Shown: one piece after another, positions 45,757 through 58,317 of the stretch
Position numbering within the stretch: the first letter of the stretch is position 1
Layout: each line of letters starts with the position of its first letter
From: Eledone cirrhosa
Lineage: Eukaryota
Direction: 5' to 3'
DNA length: 64,000 nt
Assembly (NCBI GenBank): GCA_964016885.1
Contig: OZ024741.1
Span: 286,130,001-286,194,000, forward strand
Program-made: the position numbers and the translations under genes
Notes under the pieces: model-generated
Databases searched by the model: none
What the model was told of the DNA's origin: nothing
The model's input: the letters and a program-made list of their open reading frames with translations, nothing else

Positions 45757-46530
45757 TGGAATACTGTTGGCTTCTTGCTACAATAACATCTATACTTTTC
45801 ATTTATATATATATATACGTTTGTGCATTTATACATATAAATCTATATGTGAATGCGTACATATATTGTATATGATATATGATTTAAATTTTAGAATCGA
45901 TAGAAATAATATTCTATAATACATTTAATGGAGTGTTCATTCAATTATTCAAGTTCGTGTCTTACGTCTGTTGCTACCTTATGTTTGGCGCAAATCTGTT
46001 AAGCCTTAGGTTCAAATTTAGGAGTATATCTGACTATTCTATTGTTATTTATTATAGAATTTCCAACTACCAACAGGCTACAATATTTAATTTCCTCCGT
46101 ATTGTATTTGCCATGTAAGTTGGTCATTTAATTTTAACAAAGCAATCATGTATTATTAAAGAATGTGAAATAAAAGCAGTTTCTTTTACTTACTTATGTT
46201 TTACACAAGAATACATCAGATAATTTGGGTTAGGGTAAATTAATAAATGTGTCATTTATTTTATAAGGGTTTTGTGATTAATAATTAATGAAATCTCGGT
46301 ATACTGCTGGCTCTTCATATATCAATAACTTTACGAATATTTTTTTTCTAATATTATCACGCTATTGCCATACTTGATTCGTTTAAGTGATCGATTCAAG
46401 AGGCTACTACTACGACTATTTCTACTACTACTACTACTACTACTACAACTACTATTACTGATGGTGATGATGATGCTGTTGTTGCTGCTTCTGTTAATGC
46501 TGCTACTAATATTATATATAACAGCAGTAA

Positions 46531-46665
46531 TAATTGTTTCTACTTTTGGCACGAGGCCAGCAATTACTCCAGTGCATTACTGGTACTTTATTTTATCGAC
46601 CCCCGTAAGGATGAAAGGCAAAGTTAACCTCGGCGGGATTTGAACTCAGACCATAAAGGGCCGTT
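46531..46665 (-). mobile_element. SINE subfamily A, 3' part
   Basis: Box B, core and tail; head missing. Confidence 0.8.
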
Positions 46666-47398
46666 ATTTTTTTTATTAGCCACTAGAGCCGACACATAAA
46701 TGACAGTTCAAAAACGGGGATTTACATGAAGTGTATAAAATAGATAACAGGAAATAACTAACAGTAAATTAACATCAATAAAAATTCCCCTGTAAGGGGA
46801 CCACCATCCATGGGTAACTTAGGAACCCTAGAGATCCTAAACCACGTTGATCTCTAAGAGCACCATCGGAAAATGACTCTTTCCTCTCAGCTTTCCAGCC
46901 TCTTGGCACATGGTCAGGGAAGGACCATTCATTTGTGCCATTCTCGCTACAATGACTTACCTTTTAACAAATGTACTGGATGACAACATTTCCCTCTCCA
47001 TCCTCACTTTCCTTTCCAAGTGGAACTAGAAAACGTTGATGAAGAATTGGCCAAAGAGAAAAGTCTCTATCTTAAGTCGTTTCAGCCGTGTCCGGCACAC
47101 AACCTCGTTCACTATAGCCACCTGACAGAAAACGGTGGGGTGATCTTCACGATGGACTCGGTCGAGAGCCGGATACGACCTACACACGACAATAGCTGTT
47201 CGACAACACTACACAAGTGAACAGTGCTCAGACACTGGCTAAGTACATACAGAACAGTTTCATCACTCCGCCCGTATCCCAGACAGGTTCGTCTGACAAC
47301 ACGCCCATGCGTATAAAATTTGTCTCTAACCGACAATGCCCACCGGTAGGCCTGCAATTCCTGGGATTTCTGAAAATCGTCCTTGTCTCCGGGCCGAA
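46666..47398 (-). mobile_element. Tx1-like LINE 3' fragment (diverged, A-rich end)
   Basis: QAYRWALSVRDKFYTHG...TCLGYGRSDETVLYVLSQC...VEQLLSCVGRIRLSTESIV is homologous to the ORF2 C-terminus at 56392-56900. Confidence 0.85.
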
Positions 47399-47500
47399 AG
47401 GATGATAGGCAAAGTTGACCTCAGCGGGATTTGAACTCAGAGGGTAGAGAGCCGGAACGAATACCACAAAGCAGTCTATCTGAAGTTCTAATGACTCCCT
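47392..47500 (-). mobile_element. SINE subfamily B head fused to the Tx1 fragment
   Basis: GAGTCATTAGAAC...GAGTTCAAATCCCGCTGAGGTCAACTTTGCCTATCATCCTTTCGG. Confidence 0.8.
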
Positions 47501-48229
47501 TTAGTTTCAGTGTAAGTTTCATTAACACTGAAAAGGAAAATCAAAGATTAAAAAAATATTCAACCCAATGATGTGGAATTTCATTTTGAAATTTTGAAAA
47601 AGAAACACTTAAGAAAGGAATATGGAAGAATATACCGCAGTTCTAGACTTTCCACATCACAAAACGAATTATAAAGATAGCGCAACAAGACTTCAACGAC
47701 TGCGTCAATGAATACCAGAATACCACAATCGCAAAATACTGGATTATTTAACGTCATTAGTGATAATTTGGTTTTTAAGAATGTCTTTACTTTCCACCAA
47801 CTTAAAACATTTTTATCTTTTTGCAGCTCTTTTTTGGCGGTTCTATCTTTAAAAGTAACTTTGATTTGTTTTCACGGACATATAGAGTATATTTTATTGG
47901 AATACTTTCATCCCACCAATTTCTTTTTCATCGTTAATGAAATGCGACGTATTTACACTGTGAATAAAAACTCAAAATAATATTTACTAATGTATTTCCT
48001 CTAAGGATAAAAAAAATACCAATAAATTCTTGTACAATGTATTAGCTTACGCTAACCCTAAAGCTAACCCTTCATGTAAACCTAACCTTAACCTTAAACC
48101 ATCACTGACCTTAACCATTAAGATGAAATTTTTCAAGTGATCTTACTGCTATGTAATTACCTGGATGAGTATGTATGTCTCTCGTATGTATGTTTCTCTC
48201 TCTCTATATATATATATGAGTGGGGTGCT

Positions 48230-48314
<85 letters not shown>

Positions 48315-48539
48315 GAAGAACGGAACATTTTCGTTGGATATATTTTCTTAGGTGTTTGACACAATCTAATGTATTACCCACAGGATGTTATAAACAGTTT
48401 ACTTTAGTAAATTGGACACATTTCTATTGTGAACTATGAGTAATATATAATTGAATGAAATAAACAATATAAGGGACAAAAAAAGGGGAAAGAAAAGACA
48501 AATGAGTGAATTAAAATTGAAGCAAACAGAGGTAGAAAG

Positions 48540-49490
48540 TTGCTTATGTATGATTAAAAAGTGGAAGTAATATTGGTATGAAAGATAGAATGGAAGAATG
48601 AAAGGAAGGAAAGAAAGAAGGGAGAATGAAGGAAGGATGAAAGAAAAGGGAAGGAAGAATATAAAAATGAAAGAAGAAGGAAAGATAAAAGAAAATTAAA
48701 GAGAAGAATAAAAAATGAAAGAAGGAAGGAAAGAAGCAAAAAAAAATGAAAAAGAAAGAAGGAAAAAAGAAAAAAAGGAAGGAAGAAAAATAAAGGAAGG
48801 AAATGAGAAAGAAAAATGAAAGAAGAAAGAAGGAAGAACGAAAAAAGGAGGAAGAAAGGAAGGAAGAAAAATAAAAGAAGGAAAGAAGAAATAAAAAGGA
48901 AAGAAAGAGGCAGGAAGAAAGAAGGAAAAAGAAAAGAAAGAAAAAGGAAAAATGGGAAGTGTAAAGTCTGAAAAGGGTGTGTGAAGGAATGAAAGAACGA
49001 ATGAAAGAAATAATAGGGAATAGGAAGTAATAAAGAATTGTATAAAGAAAGAAAGAATTCAAGGTTGATTAAGGAAGGAATTGGAAAAGAAAGTAACGAT
49101 GAATAACGAAAATCAGAAAAGAATAGAAAATAGAAGGAATGTATTGTAGAAAGAAAGAGGGAAGGATAACTAGGTGGATGGGGAATAGAAAGAAAGAACT
49201 ATGAAAGAAAAGAGGATAAAAAGGAAGGGAAAAGAATGAAAGAAAGAAAGAACCGAAGAAGGAAATAACGAAAGAAAGACAGAAAGAAAGGAAGGAAGGA
49301 AGGAAAGAAGGAAGAGAGAAAGAGGATAAAAAGACAGAAAAAAGGAAGATTGAATGAAAATGAAGCACTGAAGGAAGGGAAGAAGGGAGAAAATGTATTT
49401 GTGATGACAAAAGATAGAAAGAACGAGTGGAAACTATAGAATGAAAGGAATGATTATTTAAAGAACTAAGATGACAAAGAACGAGAGAAT
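48540..49490 (+). repeat. ~950-bp purine-rich low-complexity tract
   Basis: Degenerate GAAA/GGAA repeats. Confidence 0.9.
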
Positions 49491-49510
49491 AATAGATAGA
49501 TAGATAGATA

Positions 49511-50142
49511 TATTTCTTTATTTGCCACAAGGGCGTACAAGAAAAAGGGACAATACAAATACATATGCCGGGGATTTTACATACAATCGTGTAAAAATAT
49601 TTTTAAAACAAACAAATTCAACAATCGAAATCCCCAATGGGTTGTTTAATACCCCGTAGATAGAACAACACTCAACTCCAGGAGCATGTTGTGCAAGGGC
49701 CCCTGTCTTCCTTTTGCTCTCTTCTTCAACCTACAGGCTTATATACAGAGAGGGCCCAATCACTCGGGCCATTTTAGTGGGGTGCAGTGCCTATGTCACC
49801 ACTCGGATTCTCCTTCTAAAGTGGTACCTAAAGAAGAGAATGAGTTGTTGTCCGGAGAGAAAGGCATCTGTCCTCAGTCCTCTCAATCTCGTCCACCATA
49901 TAACCTCTTTTACCATACAGAAGAAAACCGCCTCTCTTTCGTTTTACTATGGACTTGGCAGTCAACTGGATTTGTCCCATACGCGACAGCAGTTGTTCTG
50001 CGTAGTTCCACAGGTCGGTTACGCCAGGGCAGTATAGAATTGCGTGCAGGACGGTTTCAATGTCCTGATTGCATCTTGGACACGTCCTCATGGAGAGATC
50101 CCTGCCGGGGCGTCCGTGCCTGTAGATCTTGTCTCGAACTGG
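49511..50142 (-). mobile_element. Tx1-clade LINE, 5'-truncated copy
   Basis: LPVRDKIYRHGRPGRDLSMRTCPRCNQDIETVLHAILYC zinc finger; 3' end abuts (TATC)n. Confidence 0.9.
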
Positions 50143-50377
50143 TAGATAGATAGATAGATATATTTCTTTATTTACCATAACGGCATAAAAAGAAGGGACA
50201 AATACAAAGGGGGAGTTTACATACAATCGAGTAAAAAGGGTATAAAATGAAAATAATCGAAAACAACCTCAAAAGGGAGGGGACGTGATGGGGGTTGCAC
50301 ACACCCCCGAAAAAGTGTGCAATCCTTTGCCCGGGGAGCACATGGAGAAGGTGCTCCCCTCTCCTTCACTTCTTTAC

Positions 50378-53300
50378 CTACAGGATGGTATACAGAGAAG
50401 GCCCATTTACACGAGTCATTCTCGCCACTATCACCCACCTTTCATAAAACTGCCTGTGGCCAAGCACCTCTCTCTCCATTCTTATCCTTCTTCCGAAGTG
50501 ATATCGGAAGAAGTAGACCAGACTATGGCCAGAGAGGAAGTTGCCTGACCTCAGACCTTTCAATCGTGTCCACCAAACAACCTCTTTCAACATGGCTATT
50601 ACGCACAGAAAAACCGCCTTTGCTTCCTTTGTGAAGAGGGGAGGCGGTTTGATTGTCATCACAGACTCGGCGGTCAATCGAATCGGCGCCACCCGCGACA
50701 GCAGTCGTTCGGCGTAGCCCCACAGATTAGCCACGCCCGGACATTGCACCAATGCGTGCGCAACGGTTTCTTCGTGACGCACGCATCTAGGGCAAATCTT
50801 TTTCGAGGGATCCCTGCCCGGGCGCCCGTGTCTGTAGAGCCTCTCTCGAACGGGTAAGAGCCCCCCCCCCCCGGTAGCACTGCCAGGCTAGTGACTTCTG
50901 GAAGTTGTCCATTGGTCCCGGGCCGAAAGTCCTACCGAACAGGCAGGCCAGTTCGTCCTCTTCCATGTCCAGCGACTCTCCAAGGGTGTCATCGCCCCTT
51001 GCTAGCCACCAGCCCTCTATAGAATGATGAGGTGGATTCTCCACCGATGGCCTGGCCCGCTTTCCAGAGAGCTCTGAGCGCCTGGGCACACTCAGTGTGC
51101 CAGTCTCCCAGTTTCCGGATCTTTGCTTGACCCAGGACTGCAGCTCGGTGAGCGAGACGAGTCTCGGAAAGGCTCGTTTCACGAACGAAGCCCGCACCGG
51201 TTGACCAGTGAGGAATACCTGTAGGTGCCGTAGCCTTAATGCGTGCCTACGCATCATCAACCACGGCATCCCCAGCCCTCCTTTCGAAGGTTGTTGGCAG
51301 CAGATGGATCTTCTCACCATAGGAGGGCGCTTCTTCCAAAGAAATTGGAAGAGCATGCGTTCGATTGTGGTGAGTGTTTCCTTAGGGCAAGGCACGACAG
51401 TCAGGCGGTAGTAAGTGACGGACGCTATGTAAATGTTCGCCACCTCCGCCCGACCTTTTAGGGACAGCTTACACTTGGCCCATTTCTGGGTTAGTGCAAA
51501 CACCTTGTTCGTAACCTCGTCCCAGTTCTTTTCCACCTGGAGGTCCGGTCCAAACCAGACCCCAAGCAACTTCACCGGGCCCTCCGTCCAGTGTCCTACG
51601 ACACCGTCGGGAGGCATCGATCTGCCTCTCCACGTTCCGAGTTGCACCCCGATGGATTTTTCCCGGTTCAGTTTCGCTCCTGACAACCTTTCGTAATCCT
51701 CTAGTAAGGTACCGATCGCCTCGATCTCCGAGTCGGTCGATACCATTGCTGTTACGTCATCGGCGTAGGCCGACACCGCTTTGCTCAATCCTGGTTCCAG
51801 GGGGATACCCTGCAACAACTCCAACTTCCTCAGTAAAGGCTCGAGAGTCAATACGTACAGAAGGGAGGAGAGAGGGCACCCCTGTCGAATGGATCGTGTG
51901 ATTTCGAACGGCTTCGAAAGGTAGCCGCTCACCTTGATCCTAGAACAGATGTGGTTGCTATGTAAGGCAGTGATCCAGCCTCTAAAAACAGGACCGAACC
52001 CAGCCGCCGCTAGCACCGCATCCAGGTAACCATGGTCGACCCTATCGAAGGCCTTAGACTGATCCAAGTTGATCAGGGCCCCACCGAAGCCGCGTTTGTT
52101 GCCAACCCTCTCTATGATGTATCGCATGAGGTGGAGGTTATCGTGAATGGACCTGGATGGGATAGCACATGTCTGCGCATCTCCAACCAGGCCACCCACG
52201 ACAAGCGCCAACCTCTTTGCTAACACATTGGCCAAAATCTTTAACTCTGTGTTTAGCAGGGTTATGGGCCGAAAATTATTTATATTATCCTCCTTGTTCT
52301 CGTCCTTCCTCACCAGCGAGACTACGCCCTTGGCTACAGAACAAGGAATTCTCCCGTTCTGCTGCCAATTGCAGTAGACCGCTTCGAGGAGTTCGGAGAA
52401 GAAGACCGGCATTGCTAAATAAAGTTCGTAAGGTATACCATCGAGACCTGGAGATTTGCGTCTGCTGCATTGGCTCAGCGCATCCCCGATCTCATCAGCC
52501 GAGATTGGTTCCTCGCAGGACTCTGCCTCTTCGCTCGAGAGACGCGGCAGGCCGTCGAGGTATGGACCGAAATCCACGTCCCCGCCCGGACCCTCGCCTC
52601 CCCCGAATAATCAGGCAAAGTGCTTTTGAAAGGCCTCGCACATCTGCTTAGGCTCCCGGATCACCCGTCCATCCTCGTCTTGCAAAGACCGGATGGTGGA
52701 TCGATTTCCACTCTTAGCTTCTGTCACGCGGGCCCAGCCAACGGCTTTGGCCCCCTCATTACCTAGAGCACGTATTTTACTTCGAATGATGCAGCCTTCG
52801 TGCTTTGCATCGAAAAAACTGGTTCAAGGCCGTCCTCGATGCCAGCACTCTGGCCACATCTTCGCTCTTGATTGCCTCTTCTAATTTACCTGTTAATTCT
52901 TTCTCGTTTCTATTCCTATCGGCAGCTAACATCTTGCTATAACTTATTGATTCTGTTCTAATCTCTCTTTTGAGAGATGCCCACCATCGGTTGTTGACGA
53001 TTGCACCCGTCAACCTCTCCTCAACTAATCTGCTAATCCGGTTTCTGTAAGTCTCTGTTGCCGGTAAAGACAAATTAAGTTTCCAGTAACCGGGACCCTG
53101 TTTATGTGTTTTCTCGAGATTGACTACGCAGGTCACTAATTTGTGATCCGTATAGCCAACCGTGAGCATTTCTGGACAGCTTAATATGTCCCTATCCTTA
53201 CTTCTAACTAAGAATCTATCTAAGTACGATCTAGATTGACCACTGTGGTTCGTCCAAGTCCAGGTTGGCACAGTTGGAAAATCTAGTCGATATCTATCGA

Positions 53301-53826
53301 CCAAGTTAAAGCGGTCGAGTAACCCCTTGAGGCTGTTACACGCCCCCCCTCTATTAGGACATGCTCCTGCATAGTCCCAACGTGCATCTAGGATGTCATT
53401 CCAATCCCCCGCTAGAAGCAGGGAACGCGACGTTCCCAGAAAAGTCTCCAAACGCTGGAAGAAGTCGGGCCGTTCAGCTCCGAAAGGGGATTAGACGGCG
53501 ACCAGTCTCAAGGCCGCACCTTCACTACTGCCAACGTCTAGCACCAACAAACGACCCTCCGGGTCCGAGTGAACAACCTGTACGGCAAGACCCAGGTGTT
53601 TTTGCAGCAGTACGACAACCCCACCCCCACCTCCAGGTTGACAGAGAGATGCATGCACCTCAAAGTCATCGAAGGTAGGGGCCAGCTGCCGCACGACGCT
53701 GATCCGAGTCTCACAGATAACCATTACATTTATACCACATGACCTGAGGTCATTTAGAAGCTTTCCTTGCTTCCAAGTTGAGCCCAGGCCACGTGCATTC
53801 AAACATCCTACTCTTAACACATCCAT
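50378..53826 (-). pseudogene. ORF2: AP endonuclease + reverse transcriptase + C-terminal zinc finger, disrupted
   Basis: CLNARGL, CETR, AGDWN, SYLDRF, TDHKLV, GPGYWKLN, KSPGLDG, FRPITLLN, DQSKAFDRV, RQGCPLS, AYADD; frameshifts near 53480, 52815, 50870 and a stop near 52612. Confidence 0.93.
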
Positions 53827-54101
53827 GTGGGCGGCAAAGCCAAAGGAGAGTGTAGAGACCTACCTTTCTGCTTCCCGGGGTTCGGGTGGCAGGACTTCCA
53901 TGGGGTCGGGGTGTTAGGTGAAGGTGTGTCTTGTGGTGGTGTGGGGTCGTCAGTGTGTGGTGGGGTTGGGGTGTTTGGAGTTGTGTTGGGGAGGGGAAGG
54001 GGAGGGGGAAAGCTTTTTAGCAGGACGTGGTTTATGGGTTTGACAGAGGGTGGTCCTACGTCTTCATTAAAATCCTTTTTTAGTTTTTGGTAGAGGTTCA
54101 T
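53814..54101 (-). CDS. Pro/Thr-rich ORF between ORF1 and ORF2, probably frameshifted ORF1 C-terminus
   Basis: ATG overlaps ORF1 stop (ATGA); stop overlaps ORF2 start. Confidence 0.45.
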   Translation of the reverse strand: MNLYQKLKKDFNEDVGPPSVKPINHVLLKSFPPPLPLPNTTPNTPTPPHTDDPTPPQDTPSPNTPTPWKSCHPNPGKQKGRSLHSPLALPPTWMC

Positions 54102-55621
54102 TGGATCTTTATTAATTTTAAATGTGGGTAGTTTTCTGAAGAAACAAAGTTTACACCTTCGGTTTGTACCGAAGGATTATTGTTTATGAGTTCATTTAAT
54201 TTATTATTGTTTCTGTTGATGTAAGTATAGTGTAATGTCTTTTTTTCGGATGGTGTGAGTGTTTCGAAGAGGGGATGGGCAGGTTTGGTTTTGTTTGTTG
54301 CTGGAGGGGTGTTTTGTATTTTGTTGGATTGTGTTGGCATTTGGGTGGGGGTTGTTTGGCCTTGTGTGTTTTGCACATGTTTTCTTTTTTTCCTTTTAAT
54401 CTGTCTGAAGGACTCCGTTTCTTCCTCCGAATTCGTTGGGTTATATTCAGTGTTGGAGGGAAGAGGTATGTTTGCTGGTAATGTTTCCGTGTTGGTTTTC
54501 TTTGTGGGGGAGATGGATGTCACTATGTTAGACTGTGTTGTGTGTTGTGGCTGCGGTGGTTGTGTTGTTTTATTGAGTGAGGGGTTGGGTGGGCCTGTAT
54601 TTTGTTTTGGGGTAATGTGTTGTGACTGTTTGTGTTGTGGTGGTGGTGTAGTTTTACTGAGGGACGGGTTGGGTGGGACTGAGTTTTGTTGTTTGTTTAT
54701 CTGTTGTGGTGGTGGTGGTGGAGCTGGTGTTGGTAGCAGGGTTTTCTTTTTGTTGAGTTGGGGACAAGCCGCCTTCAGGTGCCCTCTGCCTGCACAGATA
54801 TGACAGGACGGCCTTCTCCCCTCCACGCTAATGTTTATATACCCGTGGCCCTCTAATAGGATTCTGTCGGGTATTTGGGCGATGCGTTCAGGCTTCATTT
54901 GCACTACAAGTTCTATACCTGTTCCACTGAACGCATTGCCTGTGGTTTTCCCAATGGAAATCACGTTGTCATTCGCTGGATCGATGAAGCCAGCTATGAG
55001 CCAGCAGCAGTCCACATCTGGCATCATTGCATCCAGCCATATGCGTTGAGTTCTTTTCCCCATATAAGATGGATAAAAGGTAAAATTTTTCGAACGAATC
55101 GGTGACAAAGCACATTTTTTTGACGCCGATTCCTCCTTCATAATAATCGCTAGGCTTCCATACCGTCTGTCTTTTCTTATGAAAGTGGTTTCATTAAGTA
55201 CTTCCGTAAGTACTGTTTTGATTTCTGTTTGAGTTGGTTGTTCAGGTTTTTTAGAAATGTTGTTGATGGTGCGGAAAACGACCGTTCGACTTTCAATGTC
55301 TTTGGTGAGTTCTTGAGGCATTTTTACCGATAAAATACCATTTTCTCTTTCAGTTATATATTGTTTGGCGTCTGTAATTCTTTGTGCCACATCTGAAATA
55401 TTTTCAGGTATATATGTCAAAGATTTCTTTGTTGTTTGTGCAAATGAAATATTATTGGTGTTGACTTTGTCGTCTGCTTTGCTTTCTGTTATGATGTTGT
55501 TTTCAAATGTTATTTTTGTGTTTGTCGTGTCTTTGTTTGTGGTATTAATATTGTCATGCAACTTTTCAAATTTTTTTTTTTTCGTTGTTGGAATCAATGT
55601 CCAGATTTGTGTTTTCGTCAT
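54098..55621 (-). CDS. ORF1 gag-like nucleic-acid-binding protein (507 aa)
   Basis: CHICAGRGHLKAAC zinc knuckle then Pro/Gln/Thr-rich region; homologous to 58650-59300. Confidence 0.85.
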   Translation of the reverse strand: MTKTQIWTLIPTTKKKKFEKLHDNINTTNKDTTNTKITFENNIITESKADDKVNTNNISFAQTTKKSLTYIPENISDVAQRITDAKQYITERENGILSVKMPQELTKDIESRTVVFRTINNISKKPEQPTQTEIKTVLTEVLNETTFIRKDRRYGSLAIIMKEESASKKCALSPIRSKNFTFYPSYMGKRTQRIWLDAMMPDVDCCWLIAGFIDPANDNVISIGKTTGNAFSGTGIELVVQMKPERIAQIPDRILLEGHGYINISVEGRRPSCHICAGRGHLKAACPQLNKKKTLLPTPAPPPPPQQINKQQNSVPPNPSLSKTTPPPQHKQSQHITPKQNTGPPNPSLNKTTQPPQPQHTTQSNIVTSISPTKKTNTETLPANIPLPSNTEYNPTNSEEETESFRQIKRKKRKHVQNTQGQTTPTQMPTQSNKIQNTPPATNKTKPAHPLFETLTPSEKKTLHYTYINRNNNKLNELINNNPSVQTEGVNFVSSENYPHLKLIKIQ

Positions 55622-56003
55622 TTTTCTCCGCAGATTCGTCTGTTTTTATTTTATTTTTTCTTTCCTTCTCTATGACGTTAGTTGGGAAGGAAGGGGGGAC
55701 TAAAGCGTGCGAACTTACAACTCTTACCACTGTCCCCCCACCACTATTTTAGTTGGCTTCGTTTAACATTTCTGTCAGACGATTGAAATTTTTTATGCCA
55801 CAAAATTTTTAAAAACAGGTTTTTCACCCCTAGGAGGGGTAAAGATGAGCTGACCCACCGCCTGACAGTTCAGACGGGGGGTCAAGCTACACAATAGTAT
55901 CAAAATTAAAATTGAACTTACAAAATTTCCGCAATAAATTTGAACAAAACTTCTGCGCGAAGTGAATTACATCTACACTGTAGAACAGACGACAGCTAGA
56001 TTA

Positions 56004-56004
<1 letters not shown>

Positions 56005-56076
<72 letters not shown>

Positions 56077-56085
56077 CAGATAGAC

Positions 56086-56126
<41 letters not shown>
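56005..56126. repeat. (GATA)n between two Tx1 elements
   Basis: Direct reading. Confidence 0.95.
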
Positions 56127-56127
<1 letters not shown>

Positions 56128-56391
56128 GTTTCTTTTATTTGCCACCAGGGCATCAAAAGTGGGACAAGTACAATGGGGGGGGTTTACAAAACAAGGCGTC
56201 CTCAATAAGGAGGAGGCAATAACAATATATAAAAATAAAATAAAATATAACAAAAAATAAAATGTATAACAAAGTCCTCAATAGAGAGGAGGCGCCTTGG
56301 GGGGTCGCACACACCCCCGAAAAAAAGTGTGCAACCCTTCTCCTCAGGAGCACAGAGAAGGGGTGCTCCCTTGGTCTTTCATCTTCCTCAC

Positions 56392-58317
56392 CTATAGTCT
56401 GATGTAGAGTGAAGGCCCATTCACACGGGCCATTCTCGCCACTTTCACCCATCTTTCATAAAAGCGGCTGGGGTGCAGCACCTCTCTCTCCATCCTGATC
56501 CTTCTTCCGAAATGATATCGGAAGAAACGGACCAGTTGTTGGCCAGAGAGAAAGGTGTCTGACCTCAGTCCTTTCAGACGCGTCCACCATACAACCTCTT
56601 TCGCCATGGCTATTACGCACAGAAACACCGCCTCTCCTTCGTTTTTGAAGAGGGGAGGCGGCTTGATCGTTACAATAGACTCGGTGGTCAACCGGATCGG
56701 TCGCACCCTTGACAGCAGTTGTTCGACATAGCCCCACAGATCGGCAATGCCCGAGCAGTGTACCAATGCGTGTGCAACGGTTTCCTCGTCGCACACGCAT
56801 CTGGGACAGATCTTTTTCGATGGGTCCCTACCCGGGCGCCCGTGTCTGTAGAGCCTTTCTCGAACGGGCAGAGCCCTTCTGTAGCATTGCCAGGCCAGGG
56901 ACCTCTGGAAGTTGTCCATCGGTCCCGGGCTGAATGTCCTACCGAACAGGTTGGCCAGTTCGTCTTCCTCCATGCCTAGGGCTTCTCCGAGGGCGTCGTC
57001 GCACCTGCTAACCACCAGCACTCTATAGAATGACGAGGTGGATTCTCCACTGACAGCCGGGTCCGCCTGCCAGAGAGCCGTGAGCGCCTGGGCACACTCG
57101 GTGTGCCAGGCGCCCAGTTTTCTCGGTCTTTGCTTGACCCAGGATTGCAGCTCGGTGAGTGAGACGAGTCTGGGAAAGGCTCGCCTCACAAACGGGGCCC
57201 ACACCGGTTGACCGTGGAGGAATACCTGAAGGTTCCGTAGCCTTAATGCGTGTTTATGTATCATTAGCCACGGCATCCGCAGCCCTCCTTTCGAAGGGTG
57301 TTGACAGCAGATGGATCTCCTCACCATAGGAGCCCGCTTCTTCCAAAGGAATTGGAAGAGTTCGCGCTCCATTTTGGCGAGCGTTTCCCTTGGGCAAGGC
57401 ACAACGGTCAGGCGGTAGTAGATGACGGACGCTATATAAGTGTTCGCCACCTCCGCCCGACCTTTCAGGGACAGTTTGCACTCGGCCCACTTCTGGGTCA
57501 GTGCAAACACCCTGTTTGTTACCTCACCCCAGTTCTTCTCCACCTGGAGGTCTGGTCCGAACCAGACCCCGAGCAACTTCACCGGGCCCTCCATCCAGCG
57601 CCCGACGACGCCATCGGAGGGCGTCGATCTGCCCCTCCACGTGCCGAGTTGCAGACCGATCGACTTGTCCCGGTTCAGCTTAGCCCCTGTAAACCTTTCG
57701 TACTCCTCCAGTAAGGTGCCGATCGCCCCGATTTCCGAGGCCGTCGACACCATTACTGTTACGTCATCGGCGTAGGCTGACACCGCTTTCCGCAATCCCG
57801 GTTCCAACGGGATGCCCTGCAACAACTCCAACTTCCGCAGCAGTGGCTCTAGAGTCATTACATACAGAAGAGAGGAGAGAGGGCACCCCTGTCGTATGGA
57901 CCGCACGATTTCGAACGGCTCCGAGAGGTAGCCGTTCACCTTGACCCTAGAGTAGATGCGGCTGCTGTGCATGGCATTGATCCAGCCCCTGAAAACGGGT
58001 CCGAAGCCTGCCGCCGCTAGCACCGCATCCAGGTAACCATGGTCGACCCTATCGAATGCCTTAGATTGATCCAAGTTGATCAGGGCCCCACCAAAGCCGG
58101 GTTCGTTCCCAACCCTCTCTATGATGTATCGCATGTCCCTCTCCTTCTTTCTAACTAGAACCCTATCTAGGTACGATCTAGATGTTCCGCTGCGATTAGT
58201 CCACGTCCACAGTGGCACAGTCGGAAAATCTAGTCGATATCTATCGGCCAGGTCAAATCGGCCGATTAACTGTTTGAGGCTGTTACACCCCCCCCCTCTA
58301 TCGGGACATTTTCCCAC
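56392..58317 (-). pseudogene. Internally deleted ORF2 (EN remnant fused in frame to RT and C-terminal zinc finger)
   Basis: SYLDRVLVRKKERD|MRYIIERV junction; DQSKAFDRV, RQGCPLS, AYADD, CPRC...H...C. Confidence 0.9.

Larger units (their letters stand above)
50161..55996 (-). mobile_element. Tx1/L1-clade non-LTR retrotransposon, apparently full length (~5.8 kb)
   Basis: 5' UTR, ORF1 with CCHC knuckle, ORF2 APE-RT-CCHC, short 3' UTR; (TATC)n at both ends. Confidence 0.95.

Noticed and set aside
48544-49530. Phe/Ser/Leu-rich membrane-protein-like ORFs
   Set aside because: Translation of the purine/pyrimidine low-complexity tract
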